Below are positions 39,251-52,694 of a stretch of DNA of 64,000 bases, piece after piece. The stretch is from contig OZ024755.1 of assembly GCA_964016885.1 (NCBI GenBank), positions 35,712,001-35,776,000 of the forward strand, in the 5' to 3' direction. How positions within the stretch are numbered: position 1 is the stretch's first letter; each line of letters begins with the position of its first letter. Made by a program: the position numbers and the translations under genes. Below the pieces are notes generated by a model that did not search any database, was not told the origin of the DNA, and saw only the letters and a program-made list of their open reading frames with translations. This DNA is from Eledone cirrhosa (taxonomy: Eukaryota).

Positions 39251-41314
39251 GCCACAATAAAATCCTTCCAATCAACCCAGTACGATGGTAATACAAGTGT
39301 TATGACAAAATGCACCAAGTACACACTGTAAAGTGGTTGGCATTAGGAAGGGCATAATTACGAGGGATTCACTAAAATTATTATTTCATTATTAGGATGA
39401 TATTTGTAACATAACAAAAGACTTTTATATGAAAGATTTTAATTTAAGTAGAAATCCTTTCAAATGGGTAGTTTTGTTTCATAGAACCAGAGCTGCTTTT
39501 GCATAGGTTCTTTCCAAAAGGGTTAAGCATATAGCCATGATTGTTTGGCATAGTGTACGCCAACTGGTGAACCAATAAACTATATAATACTCTGAGAATG
39601 GATCAGTGCGCTCAAAGGAACAATGTGGGGGAATGTGAACCTGTTACCACTTTTGACATCTAATTAAAAAATAATCTAACCACTTCCATCTATTTTAAAC
39701 ATTTATTTCCAATAATGTAGATAGGCTGTTCAATTTCTTTGATAAAGGTAGGCCTAAGGCAAATGACATAGCCCACGCAGACAAATAGCTCTAGAGTATC
39801 TCAAAAGTATTAGTTTATTCAGTGTTGATGGGGAAAAATAGACAAATGATATCATAGGGACGTAACAAATAAGAAAATTGTGATTGAACGTATTATAATG
39901 AGCAAGGTTAGTTAAGACAGCTGATATCTCACATCTCACTCATTTAATATCTGATTATAATGTGGTAAACCAAAAATACCTCAGAGGTTAAAAACATATG
40001 AACTGCTTTCAAATGATGCCCTTTAAGGAATTTTCAATTTTTTTTCTTGCTAAGAATGTGTCAAAAGTAAATAAACTAACAGTTTTCAATAACAGAGCTC
40101 TAATTATAATCAAATCAGCGGCTGTCTTAGATAAATGGAGATTAGATACAAACAAATTTGATCATAGGATATATTATTGTACTATTAAACAAAGAGGTCA
40201 TTTTCCACACTGTTCATTTTCCTGACATTTGTACATTATTCTATGTACTATACATGCACCTTTGATGAGTTGTAGTGCACCTGAGCACTGTACACAATAA
40301 TTTCATTATTATTATTATAAATATTTTCCAGCATAGTTATGTCTCTTTACGATCTGAGTTCAAATCCCGCCGAGGTTAACTTTGCCTTTCATCCTTACGG
40401 GGTCGATAAAATAAAGTACCAGTAATGTACTGGGTAATTGCTGGCCTTGTGCCTAAAGTAGAAACAATTATTATTATAAATCATTGACATCACCATCACC
40501 ATCACGATCACTTAACGTCCATTTTCCCTGCTAGAAAATGGCGAGATGGGTCATCACAGACTTACCCCTTTAACATTTAAACCGACCGTATCTGGCCAGA
40601 ATTCTTTCACCTCTTTCTGTTCAAACCACCTGTAACCAGCCACTCATACTGGTGTTAAGGTATTGTTCTTAAAATAAATAACATCAAAATCTCGTAGATT
40701 CAATATTATGTGAGATAATTATGTGAAGTAAAGCAATCACCACAAAAATACAATATTATATATAGAGTAATGTAAATGCTAAAGGGTTAAACTGGCCATA
40801 TCCGTCCAGAATCCTCTCACCTCTTTCTGCTCTAAAAACGGCTGTAATCGGCCACTCATACTGATGTTAAGGTATTGTTCTCAAAATAAATATCAAAAAC
40901 TCAGATTCAATATTATGTGAGAATTATGTAAGATAAAGCCATTACTGTGAACATTCAATAGTAAATAAAGAGTAATGTAAATGATAAAGGGTTAAATGGA
41001 GGTATTAACATCTCAAATGGGCTGGAAGCCTGTACCTCAGTTACAATTAAAATGTTGGTGAAAATTTAAGATATTCAGCTATAAAGCAACAGCAAAGTCC
41101 TAGATGTAAAAATGCAGCAAGTACAATCTGTAGAGTGTGTGAAAATATATAAGTGAGATGTGGCCTGCTGGCACACCTGAGAAACTCCAAATAAGTACTG
41201 ACTTTGTCTGTGACGACCCATCCAACCTTTGCTAGCAGGGAAAAACGGACATTAGATGATGATGATGGTGGTGGTGGTACTGATGGTTGTGGTGGTGGCA
41301 GCGACAATAATAAA

Positions 41315-41660
41315 GTAAAGTGGTCGTGTAGGAGTCACCACAAAAAGCACCCAGCACACACTGTAAAGTGGTCGTGTAGGAGTCACCACAAAAAGCACCC
41401 AGCACACACTGTAAAGTGGTCGTGTAGGAGTCACCACAAAAAGCACCCAGCACACACTGTAAAGTGGTCGTGTAGGAGTCACCACAAGAAGCACCCAGCA
41501 CACACTGTAAAGTGGTCGTGTAGGTGTCTTCACAAAAAGCACCCAGCACACACTGTAAGGTGGTTGTGTAGGTGTCACGATAAAAAACATCCAGCCCACA
41601 CTGTAAAGTGGTCATGTAGATGTCATTACAAAAAGCACCCAGCACACACTATAAAGTGGT
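41315..41660. repeat. 48-bp minisatellite (~7 copies) within a retroposon 3' region
   Basis: Unit gtaaagtggtcgtgtaggagtcaccacaaaaagcacccagcacacact, followed by the shared tail to 41810. Confidence 0.9.
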
Positions 41661-42619
41661 TAGCGTTAGGAAGGCCATCCAGTTGTAGAAATCTAGCCAG
41701 AAACAGTCTTATATGAACAAGACACGGTCACCTGACCCAACTTGCCACAAATGGGACAACCAGTCTAACCCATGCTAGCATGGAAAGTGGATGTTAAACG
41801 ATGATGATAATGACATATATATATATAAGAAAAGGGAAGTTAGGTTCTATACAAAACAGTGGTTATAGAGAAAGGGTAAAGTTGGAAATAGCACGGAAAA
41901 TATATTTTAGGGTCTGTTTATCTTTTTTTCCTTTCTTTGATTCGTCAAAGTGACATTATTGAAAATATGAGAGGGAGAATTCTTTTAAAAAAGAGTTTTA
42001 TAATGTATATAGAGTATATAAAGTATTACCGGTTTTGATGCATTATTAAAATTCATCTTATCAAATGTTGAGTATTACAATTAAAAAGAATTAATACAAA
42101 TTCAAAACTAAAAATTAAAGATTTAAAATTAAGAGGTAAGTTTTTTTTTCATCTTCCTTGCTGAGAAGGAGACTGGAGAATGAGGCTCTTGTGTATAGAG
42201 AGAGAGGTGTGTAGTCATATATATATATGTATATATGTAAATATGATAATAATGGAGCTGCAGCGTTGCAAATGGGTTACATATGAAAAAGTTTGTCCTT
42301 CATCAGTGGTCTTCCAACCGTCATAGGCATTTCATCGCTTTAAAGACCATATACCTCAGGTTGGTGCGAGCAGCAGCTAAAAAAAGTCGTTGGGACTCGT
42401 AAATAAAGGGGACGCTAGGGTAAACAAACAAAATGGTTTAAGCAACAGAAAGCGATGAACAAATATATATATATATATATATATATAGTAAGCAAAAAAG
42501 TGTTGGTAAAATCCAGTACTTCAGTATGCAGATAGGGAGCACTCAATGAAGATATAGATTCCGAAGTTATAATAGTGACGAAACATAAGTCAATTGTATG
42601 AACTGATAATCTTTTATTT

Positions 42620-42675
42620 ACCGCTAAATATATTTCGATGATAGCCATTGTATGGCTATGACCTCATCAGGCAGT
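42620..42675 (-). ncRNA. Type I hammerhead ribozyme (inverted twin of 42858-42913)
   Basis: Minus strand actgcCTGATGAggtcatagccatacaatggctatcatcGAAAtatattTAgcggt; perfect atagcca/tggctat stem II. Confidence 0.75.
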
Positions 42676-42857
42676 TAGTAAGTTCTTAAATATGCCAGCT
42701 CTGGGCTTTTGGTGTTGATGGTTTTAGAGCCTTGGGACATATGAGCTTGTTAGGGATAATTTAGTATTCTTGTAGATTCCTAACAAGCTCATATGTCCCA
42801 AGGCTCTAAAACCATCAACACCAAAAACCCAGAGCTGGCATATCTAAGAACTTACTA

Positions 42858-42913
42858 ACTGCCTGATGAGGTCATAGACATACAATGGCTATCATCGAAA
42901 TATATATAGCGGT
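42858..42913 (+). ncRNA. Type I hammerhead ribozyme
   Basis: Stem I actgc/gcggt; CTGATGA 42863-42869; stem II ggt-atagaca/tggctat-atc; GAAA 42897-42900; palindromic stem III atatatat; UA site. Confidence 0.78.
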
Positions 42914-43122
42914 AAATAAAGGATTAGGAGTTCATACAATTGACTTATGTTTCGTCACTATATATATATATATATAACGAAGGAAATGTGGTAAGGAACC
43001 AGATGGACCATAACACACCAAAATACTCAATACTTAGGGTAGTAGAGTAGGTAATAGAGGAACGAGTAGGACCCCGATGGCTGAGCTCAGCCGCCGGGGT
43101 CCTACTTGTTCCTATATATATA

Positions 43123-43422
43123 GGAAAGGTTGTGAGTTCAATTCTCAGACCGGGTGATGTGTTGTTTCCTTGAGCAAGACACTTTATTTCACATTGCTCC
43201 AGTTTACTCAGCTGTAGAAATGAGATGATAGGGACTGGGGTCCCTATCATTGCACTGCAAAGTTGTCGTGCAGGTGTCACGGCAAAAAAGCACCCAGCAC
43301 TCACTGTAAATGAGGTTGGTGTTAGGAAGGGCATCCAGCTGTAGAAATGAGCCAGAATCAGTTCCCGTCCCACCCTTAAAAGCAGGGAAAAGCAGACGTA
43401 AAATGAAATGTTGAAATGATGA
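43123..43422 (+). mobile_element. SINE family B, 5'-truncated
   Basis: Starts at gaaaggttgtgagttcaa, then the same body and tail. Confidence 0.85.
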
Positions 43423-44319
43423 TATATATATATATATATATATAAAATATTGAAACGACAATATGCAGTCATGATGGTACACTATTCCAGCATATATTTA
43501 CGAGGTAGTATAGAGTATAATTCAAATAACCTTAGACACCATTACAAAGATCTAGAGAAAGTTTCCAAACATTCACAACAGAGAACCAATGAAAATAAGA
43601 CAATTTCTATCTAAAAATCTTTAAAGAGGATATCAGATGCAGCAGAGAAAGTCTGTTAGTGTTGTTGCTGTTGTTATTGTTATTGTTACAAACTACTGCC
43701 AAGGTGATAGCGTTTTTTGTTCTTTTTCCTTTTTGTTTCAAAAGGTATTCTAGCATTAAAAAATAGACCTGGAAGCAAAATTAGGCAGAAACTCTAACTA
43801 AAAGGGAAATAGAAAGAAAATAAATATAGATATATGTGACAAAGCTTCTGTATTGTTTACATTTAGAAAATTTCACTCACAAAAAATAGATTAAAACATG
43901 GCTACAGTAGAAGACATATGTTTAACCCTTTCGTCTTTAATCCTTTAGCATTTAAACCAGCTGTGTCCAGCCAGAATTCTCTCACCTCTTTCTCTTCAAA
44001 CCAGCCATAACTGACTGCTTATGCTGATGTTAAGGTATTGTTTTCAAAATAAATAGCAAAATCTCATAGATTTGATATTATGTTCCAACTGGCTGTAACT
44101 GGTCGCCCAAACTGATGTTAAGGTATTGTTTTCAAAATAAATAGCAAAATCTCATAGATTTGATATTATGTTCAAACTGGCTGTAACTGGTTGCCCATAC
44201 TGATGTTAAGGTATTGTTTTCAAAATAAATAGCAAAATCTCATAGATTTGATATTATGTTCAAACTGGCTGTAACTGGTCGCCCATACTGATGTTAAGGT
44301 ATTGTTCACCTGTAAATAG

Positions 44320-44605
44320 CTATGATGCGGCCACACTTAGAATTTGCATCACTAGTCTGGAACCCCTATCTTGCTCAGAACATTGACCTCCTGGAAACTG
44401 TTCAGAGACGTGCAACCAAGCGAATACCCTCCATGAGGCATCAACCATACTCTGAACGCCTTGCTTCCCTGGGCATGGATACATTGAAGTTCCGACATCT
44501 GACAATGGATTGGTAAACACCCACAAAATTATTAACCAACTTACCAACAACAACCCTGAGTACCTTTTTGAATTTCATGTGTCTAACACACATGGGCATG
44601 CCCAC
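44320..44605 (+). mobile_element. CR1/L2-type LINE RT C-terminal fragment
   Basis: RPHLEFASLVWNPYLAQNIDLLETVQRRATKRIP...YSERLASLGM, typical CR1-group motif. Confidence 0.85.
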
Positions 44606-45289
44606 AAACCGGCCAGATCTGGCCAGAATTCTCTCACCTCTTTCTGTTCATAACATTCATAACCTACCACTCATACTTATGTTTAGGTATTGTTCTCAAA
44701 ATAAATATCAAAATCTCATAGATTCGATATTATGTGAGATAATTATGCGAGGAAAAGCCTTTACTACAAAAATACAATAGTCTATATAGAGTAATGTAAA
44801 TGCTAAAGGGTTAAACCAGCCATATCCGGTCAGAATTCTCTCACCTCTTCCTCTTCAAACCGGCTGTAACTGGCCACTCATACTGATGTTAAAGTATTGT
44901 TCTCAAAATAACTAATATCAAAATATCATAGATTCGATATTATGTGAGATAACAAGCAACCAACTAGTGACCAATAAATAAACATATAAATAACAACACA
45001 CCCACACCCAGATATAATACATACCCTACCAAGTACACAACCCACAAAAATGGTGTAGGGCAGAACAAAGGAGAGACACAAAAGAACAAATCAGTCATTG
45101 AGGAGGCCACAGAATGTGTGATGAAAGAGCTTTGACAATAGATAAACAACCATGTAATTATTGAACCAACCAACCAACCAGTGCATGTGTTTTTATTGGC
45201 AGCATGACTCTCCCAAAATATAACAGTATCTGTTTCAACACACATTTTCAGATAAGAAATCTTGTGAAACAAATTAAAAAACCAAGTAA

Positions 45290-45632
45290 AAAGGTAAAGA
45301 CCCTTTGGTCACGAATGACCTTGGGATTTTCACCTAGAAAGTTCCCCTCTGAGGCACAAGTCCAGGCAAGGCTGTTTGTGGAAGACCAACAGTCCCCCGC
45401 GTATACCAGTCGTGCCTCTCCACGCCACCGATGTTGTCCAAGGGAAAGGCAATGGCTGATACAGCTTGGCACCAGTGATGTCGCAACTCATTTCCATAGC
45501 TGATTGAACTGGAGCAACGTGAAATAAAGAGTTCTTGCTCAAGGACACAATGCAAAGTCTGGTCTGAGAATCGAACTCATAACCCCACTATTGTAAGCCT
45601 GATGCTCTAACCACTAAGCCATGTGCTTTCAC
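45290..45632 (-). mobile_element. tRNA-derived SINE related to family B (same head, different body/tail)
   Basis: Minus strand aagcacatggcttagtggttagagc...gagttcgattctcagacc...ccttgagcaag, followed by a different 3' half. Confidence 0.7.
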
Positions 45633-45999
45633 ACACATATACACACGCACAAGTATAGCACTTTATACAAAACGTTTTTTTTTTCATTTCAGGTAGACAC
45701 GCTCCATCATCCACTTTTCCAAAAAAATAAATCATACACAAAACGCCAGCATCAAGTTTTCCAAGAGATGTCAACATGAATGGACCTATTATTTTTATCT
45801 AAAGACATTTTTCCCAATTCCACCCAGCCCGTCCCTTCAATCTTATTTCTCATTCTTTCTTCTGATGAAGGACTAGCATCCGAAAAGTTAAGTCTCTCTT
45901 CCTGCTATATCAAGCGTTAACCTAATATATTCCTTCCATATACTGTACCGATTGTGTTGTTATTTCTGTTTACCTTTTACATACATACATATTATCATA

Positions 46000-46320
46000 A
46001 TCATCATCATCATCATTTTACGTCTGCTTTTCCCTGCTTGCAAGGGTGGGACGGGTCCTATTCAGCACAGCATCTCTCCATTCGTTACGGTCCTTTGTCA
46101 TCTCCTCGGTGAGTTTCAGTGATCTGAGGTCTGCTCTCACCACCTCCGCCCATGTTTTTCGTGGTCTTCCTCTACTGGGATTTCTTGGCACTTCTTTACC
46201 CAGCAGTCATCCTCTATGCACATCACATGTCCATACCATCTCAGTCTTCTCTCCTGCACACCACAACTTATCCCTCTTATACCCAGTTTCTCTCTCAACT
46301 CATCTATTAATTACCATTAT
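46000..46320 (-). mobile_element. RTE LINE 3' end (second subfamily)
   Basis: Minus strand ...RGRPRKTWAEVVRADLRSLKLTEEMTKDRNEWRDAVLNRT then ccttgcaagcagggaaaagcagacgtaaaa(tga)n tail. Confidence 0.75.
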
Positions 46321-46757
46321 GCTCAGGATTACTTTAGCATATTGGTAATTATCAGCAACAGTACCTTATGAAAAGCTCTACCACTTTCATGTATCTTAAA
46401 TTCTAAACATCTCGTACCATATTTTCAGGTCATTTTTCCAAAATACAAAACAACAGTACACTATGATTGCATTACATTACAAATTAAAGTTTTTACTTTA
46501 GATTACGGCAAATTTTCACTATGATGCACCTGCCAGTAAAAATACTATAAGTATTGGAATTAACAAACTTGTTTTCAGGTATTTTATGTTAAACCATTAA
46601 CAAGATGTAAAGAATTAAAATGCAAATTTTCTAAATATGAAGATTTATACAAATTGAAATGGTAAAAAGAAGAAAAAAAATTAAAAAGAATTGAAAATTT
46701 CTCTTTCAGGGTAAATGGACATTAATTGATGAATATAGATGATGATGATGATGGTGC

Positions 46758-47132
46758 TGAGGAGGAGGAGGAGGAGGAGGAGACAAAGAAGAAGACAAAG
46801 AAGAAAAAGACAAAGAAGACGAAGACGAAGAAGAAGAAAAAGAAGAAGAAGAAGAAGAAAAAGACGAAGAAGACGAAGAAGAAAAAGAAGAAGACGAAGA
46901 AGACGAAGAAGAAAAAGACGAAGAAGACGAAGAAGAAAAAGAAGAAGAAGACGAAGAAGAAAAAGAAGAAGACGAAGAAGACAAAGAAGAAAAAGAAGAA
47001 GACGAAGAAGACGAAGAAGGAGAAGAAGAAGAAGAAGAAGACAAAGACAAAGAAGAAGAAGAAGAAAACGAAGAAGAAGAAGAAGACGAAGAAGAAGAAG
47101 AAGAAGAAGAAATGACAGAAGAAATGACAGAA
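46758..47132. repeat. (GAA/GAC/GAG)n polypurine trinucleotide tract
   Basis: Direct reading. Confidence 0.95.
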
Positions 47133-47189
47133 GACTAACATTGCACACCCAGCAGACCACGCTCACCTCATTAATTTCCAACCATCACA

Positions 47190-47380
47190 TGGCAGGTTAA
47201 TTGGCAGTATCGGTAGAGGGTCGGACGCCATGCTTTCCAGCATAGTTACGTCCCTTTACGATCTGAGTTCAAATCCCGCCGAGGTTGACTTTGCCTTTCA
47301 TCCTTACGGGGTCGATAAAATAAAGTACCACTAATGCACTGGGTAATTGCTGGCCTTGTGCCTAAAGTAGAAACAATTAA
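47190..47380 (+). mobile_element. tRNA-derived SINE family A (representative of ~17 copies)
   Basis: tggcagtatcggtag A box, gagttcaaatccc B box, gcctttcatccttacggggtcgataaa core, (ATT)n tail. Other copies at about 3465-3565(-), 3746-3925(+), 4868-4990(-), 5480-5812(-, two), 6275-6450(+), 14088-14310(+), 29670-29857(+), 32835-33005(+), 40325-40478(+), 51258-51450(-), 56205-56392(-), 60025-60215(-). Confidence 0.88.
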
Positions 47381-47419
47381 TTTCCAACCATCACAAATCT
47401 CCTAGATTCACTACATAGG

Positions 47420-47690
47420 TAAACTCTCCAAATATCGGTCACTCTCCGACAGGTTTGGGGGTCAAGCCCATAGCAGTGGAGACTTCTGGTGTCCTTGGCT
47501 TTAGGGCCACCTCTCTGCTCACCACAAGTGCCACAGAGTTGGCTCCCCGCAGGTGTCAGCCCTGCGAGCTGGAATGGCTCTCCCAGCGTGTCTCCCTCAC
47601 CATTCTCTGGGGAAACACCTTATCTATTCTGTCCGGTGGGGCTGCAGGGCAGCAGCCAGTCTGTCGGGACCGCGGAGTGTCCATCACGTA
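47420..47690 (+). mobile_element. CRE-like (restriction-like endonuclease) non-LTR retrotransposon C-terminal fragment
   Basis: PIAVETSGVLG...EWLSQRVSLTILWGNTLSI resembles the PxAVETxG...QRxSxxxxxGN C-terminus of CRE-clade elements. Confidence 0.65.
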
Positions 47691-47739
47691 GGCCCCCATT
47701 TACTCATAATAGTGAGAGTTGGGGAGAGATGGAGGCAGA

Positions 47740-48672
47740 GACAGTGGGTGTTTGGTTCCTTTGTGTTCGGACCTGGTGTATATGAGAGATAGAGAGAGCA
47801 GGAGAGACAGAGGCAGTGACAGTGGGTGTTTGGTTCCTTTGTGTTTGGACCTGGTGTATATGAGAGATGGAGAGAGCAGGAGAGACAGAGGCAGTGACAG
47901 TGGGAGATTGGTTCCTTTGTGTTTGGACCTGGTATATATGAGAGATGGAGAGAGCAGGAGAGACGGAGGCAGTGACAGTGGGAGTTTGGTTCCTTTGTGT
48001 TTGGACCTGGTGTATATGAGAGATGGGGAGAGCAGGAGAGACGGAGGCAGAGACAGTGGGTGTTTGGTTCCTTTGTGTTCGGACCTGGTGTATATGAGAG
48101 ATGGAGAGAGCAGGAGAGACAGAGGCAGTGACAGTGGGAGATTGGTTCCTTTGTGTTCGGACCTGGTGTATATGAGATGGGGAGAGTGGGAGAGACGGAG
48201 GTAGTGACAGTGGGTGTTTGGTTCCTTTGTGTTCGGACCTGGTGTATATGTGAGAGATGGGGAGAGCAGGAGAGACAGAGGCAGTGAGAGTTTGGTTCCT
48301 TTGTGTTCGGACCTGGTGTATATGAGAGATGGGGAGAGCAGGAGAGACGGAGGTAGTGACAGTGGGAGATTGGTTCCTTTGTGTTTGGACCTGGTATATA
48401 TGAGAGATGGAGAGAGCAGGAGAGACGGAGGCAGTGACAGTGGGAGTTTGGTTCCTGTGTGTTCGGACCTGGTGTATATGAGAGATGGGGAGAGCAGGAG
48501 AGACGGAGGCAGTGACAGTGGGCGTTTGGTTCCTTTGTGTTCGGACCTGGTGTATATGAGAGATGGGGAGAGCAGGAGAGACGGAGGCAGTGACAGTGGG
48601 AGTTTGGTTCCTTTGTGTTCGGACCTGGTATATATGAGAGATGGGGAGAGCAGGAAAGACGGAGGCAGTGAC
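47740..48672. repeat. 78-bp minisatellite (~12 copies)
   Basis: acagtggg recurs at 47741, 47819...; purine-rich unit. Confidence 0.93.
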
Positions 48673-48907
48673 AATATAGTGAGACCCTTCTTCTAGCTGT
48701 CTTAACCACTTCCAATACATTACCCAATATACAATATAGTTAGACCTTCTTCTAGCTGTCTTAACCACTTCCAATACATTACCCAATATACAATATAGTT
48801 AAACCTTCTTCTAGCTGTCTTAACCACTTCCAATACATTACCCAATATACAATATAGTTAGACCTTCTTCTAGCTGTCTTAACCACTTCCAATACATTAC
48901 CCAATAA
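48671..48907. repeat. 59-bp tandem repeat (4 copies)
   Basis: acaatatagttagaccttcttctagctgtcttaaccacttccaatacattacccaatat. Confidence 0.92.
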
Positions 48908-50949
48908 CCATTTATTGATGAAACCTGTAAAGTAAATCACCAAAATGAAGTGTATGTAATTAAGCCGTGTCTTTAATAGCTTTCCTTAGAATTCTTTAAA
49001 ATTATTCGATCATCCTCATTTTTAACATCCAATAAACTCCTATCTTTTTTCCCTTCTTTTCCTTGTTGTTGTTTTTGTGTATGTGTGTATATATATATGA
49101 CTGTTTGTGTATGGATGTATATGTGTTTGCTTGAATGTGTATGGATATATGTATGTCCAAGTGTGTATGTATGTATGTATGTATGTTTGTGTATGAATGT
49201 ATATGTGTATGCCTGGGTGTGTATGGATGTATGTGTGTATACCTGAATATGTATGGATGTATGTAAGGAAAGGGTTGGGGAAATCTTTGTCCCTTATTTT
49301 TATGTTTTATATTCTCCATTAATGATTCACTCCTTAAGGCTATTTTAAGATCAAATTTCTTGCATGTTTTCATTCAACCCTCAAGTAACTGCTATCATCT
49401 TACCAATGTTCAAAATGATTTCTCTAAAAGTAAATTTAAACCCCCCCCCCCCCCCCCCAAAAAAAATAATACAAAAAATAATGAATAAATAAAAGAAAAA
49501 AGAAAGGAAAAATGGGGGAAATGAAAAAAAAAGAAAAAAAAGAAGAAAAAAAAGAAGAAAAAAAGAAAAGAAAAATGAAATTGGGATCTTATAACATACT
49601 TTTAATTAAACAGTAGTTTAATAGTACATCATAGCTGATATAATAGTACATCATAGCTGAATGGCCCCACAACTTAGTAGTTTGGTTGGCTTATTACATT
49701 CTGTCACCCTTGATGGAGTAGATCATGACATGAAAGTAGCTCATCAAATATATGGAATCATGTCTGGAATTCTTTCTGCAATGTCAGCATCAAATGACCC
49801 TTTAGAATCATCCCCATAATGGGTCATGGACTATTTGTCTGAGGGTTTACATTCTACAAGAATAATTCTTTCCCCTTTGTATTCTTTAATGCTTTCTTTC
49901 TCTATGGCACTGAAGAGGTTAAAAATATTTGAAAATATTTTTAACCTTTTCAGTGCCATAGATGAGATAACTCATCCTAACATGTATGTAATTCCAGTGC
50001 CGTGGACAAGATAACTCGTCCTAACATGTTTGAACTCGATTCCAACAGTTCATAACTTTAAAATTATGAACTATATTATTTATTTTGAAAACAATACCTT
50101 ATTATGAACTATATTATTTATTTTGAGAACAATACCTTAACATCACTATGAGTGGCCAGTTACAGCTGGTGTGAACAGAAAGAGATGTGAGAATTATGGC
50201 CAGTTTGAATGCTAAAGGGTTAAACGATGATGATAATGATGACAGTCTGCAGAGCGCCGAGTGTTGTGTTGTAATTATAAACTAAACAGTGAAACATGAT
50301 ATGATGACCAGATTTAAAGACTTAGATGAACTGAAAATACCCAAGAGACCCATAAATCCATTTTTTCTGATGTACATTTTCCTCATCTAAACACTATGTG
50401 ATGAATTAATAGATCTACAGAATGATATAAGACTCTTGTACAGTTTCAATAAGACTTCATTAGTCATATATAGAACCTATCATCATCATCATCAGCAGCA
50501 TTTTACGTCCGCTTTTCCCTGCTTGCAAGGGTGGGGTGGGTCCTATTCAGCACAACATCTCTCCATTTGTCATGGTCGTAAATGCTAAAGGGTTAATATC
50601 CACTTTCCCTGCTAGCAAGGGTTGAGTGGCTCATCAGCAAATCAAGTTGGTACTCAAAGTGGAGGTTCAAACTCCATAGTGGACCAAGAGCTTGCATCTT
50701 ACTTATGTTCCTGCAACCTGTGTGAGCAGAACATTTGCAATTGGGGAAATAGAGGGATACCTGGAAGATGTGTATGGATGGATGGCTGGAACGTGGTTAA
50801 GCAGCTCTAGTGATTCATTTTAGCCTTTCAGAGTCAAGTGTCTCTTATCTCTTCAAGAACTTCAAGATGAGTGCGGAAGGAATGTGTGAGAGGGAAAGTA
50901 ATACACTGGATAATTGCTGGCCTTGTGCCAAAAATAGAAACACAATTAT

Positions 50950-51245
50950 TTGTATATTCAGATGCTGCTGAAAAGCACATTATTATAATGCTATTTTTGA
51001 AAAATGTAATTTAGCTGATAAAAGAATTTATAATTTCCTTTGTTTTAATAAGATTCATATTGTTTCCTTACAATTCGATAATCATCTCATTTAATTTGTT
51101 TAAGATGTCTGAAATATAAGTGATGTCAATCTTTAGTTTTTCTAGCTCATTGCACATTTTCTTATCAGACAACTTAAAAAATCCCAAAATAGTATCGTAG
51201 AGATCATCACAGACAGAATTTCTGAGAAAGTCATTGAACTTTGAT
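50950..51245 (-). mobile_element. hAT/Charlie (Buster-like) transposase fragment
   Basis: LYDTILGFFK...ELEKLKIDITYISDILNKLNEMIIEL*GNNMNLIKTKEIINSFI; a related plus-strand piece (DMMTRFKDLDELKIP...DELIDLQND) at about 50295-50430. Confidence 0.6.
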
Positions 51246-52465
51246 ATAATAATAATAATTTTTTCTACTTTTGGCATAAGGCCAGCAATTATCCCAGTGC
51301 ATTACTGGTACTTCATTTTATCGACCCCGTAAGGATGAAAGGCAAAGTTAACTTCAGCGAAATTTGAACTCAGAATGGCAAGGGCCGCAACTCTATGTTG
51401 CAAAGGATGGCGTCCGACCCTCTACTGATACTGCCAATCCACCACCTTATAATAATAATAATGAAATTGTGTACAGTGCTCAGGTGCACTACAACTCATC
51501 AAAGGTGCATGTATAGTATATAGAATGATGTTCAAATGTCAGGAAAATGAACAGTGTATGAGTCATATGTAGTAAAAGATATTGAAATTCTTGATCATTT
51601 TCATGGCCAAGTTTCCAGAACATGTGAATATAACAGGAATGAGTTTTTATCTTATTCACTGCGAGATTAACATTGTGTAAAGTTTTATACAATCTAACTA
51701 CTGAGATACTATGTAACAAAGTGTTGCTGATGAATGATATAGTAAAGATGCTTTTTTTTTTACTCTTTATCGCATGGTTGGGTCGGCGGTGACTAAACTG
51801 GCAACCCCGCCAAGGTTACTTGGTGAGGTGGGTGATTTTGGACACCCTGCAGGACAAAACACAAAACCTGACAAAGGGTGGAAGAATTCATAAGAGTCAA
51901 CGGCCATCTAAAAAATAAAAATCCTGCCAAATCAATGGCTGGCAGTAGTTCCAGCTGCACACATCAAAAGACTGGTGTAGTGGTTCTGAGAACAATGTGG
52001 CTTTGCAGATGATCAATGTAAATTGACAATGGAAAGGTGCTCCCGCTCGAGTTAGAAGAGAACTATTGACCTTCAGGAGAAGCAGTGACCCCTGATTGTA
52101 TTCAGCAACCGAAACAAATATGAAGTACACCAAATCCAATGCTCCTAGGGGCGGCCCTGGTTCTTCTTATTTGTGAGTGTAAACTCAACCAGATTAGATT
52201 AGATTAGATTATCATTTAAACTGGCCATATCTGGTCAGAATTCGCTCACCCCTTTCTGTTCAAACCAGCTGTTGCCTGCTCATACTGATGTTAAGGTATT
52301 GTTCTCAAAATAAATAACACCAAAGTTTTATAGATTCGATATTATGTGAGGTAAAGCCTTTACTACAAAAATACAATAGTAAATATAGAGTAATGTAAAT
52401 AGTAGAGGGTTAAATGTGTCATATTTACATGGAGTATAAAACAAACAGCTTTGTCAGGCACCATG

Positions 52466-52683
52466 TTAACCTTTACATTACTCTATATATACTATTGTAT
52501 TTCCATGAAAAAGGCTTTACCTCACACAATCATCTCACATAATATCGAATCTATGAGATTTTGATATTTATTTTGAGAACAATACCTTAACATCAGTATG
52601 AGTGTCTGGTTACGGCCAGATTGAACAGAAAGAGGTGAGAGAATTCTGGCTGTATATGGCCGGTTTAAATGCTAAAGGGTTAA
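52466..52683. mobile_element. piggyBac-like MITE (representative of a multi-copy family)
   Basis: ~215-bp unit bounded by TTAA-CC(C)TTT ... AAAGGG-TTAA; related copies at about 7196-7379, 40562-40996 (tandem), 43935-44310, 44610-44950, 50060-50223, 52210-52413, 55840-55910 plus 56400-56778. Confidence 0.65.
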
Positions 52684-52694
52684 TAAATATAGTG

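Noticed and set aside
42270-42370. Hammerhead-like motifs on the minus strand (related piece at 841-900)
   Set aside because: CTGATGA lacks a downstream GAAA, and the alternative core reads CTGAGGT; too degenerate to call.
46681-47200. Poly-K/R/E/S ORFs
   Set aside because: Trinucleotide microsatellite.
47684-48786. ORFs open in five frames
   Set aside because: 78-bp minisatellite lacking stops; no coding signal.
49660-49820. Short ORF MAPQLSSLVGLL...
   Set aside because: 52 codons, no recognisable family or exon signals.
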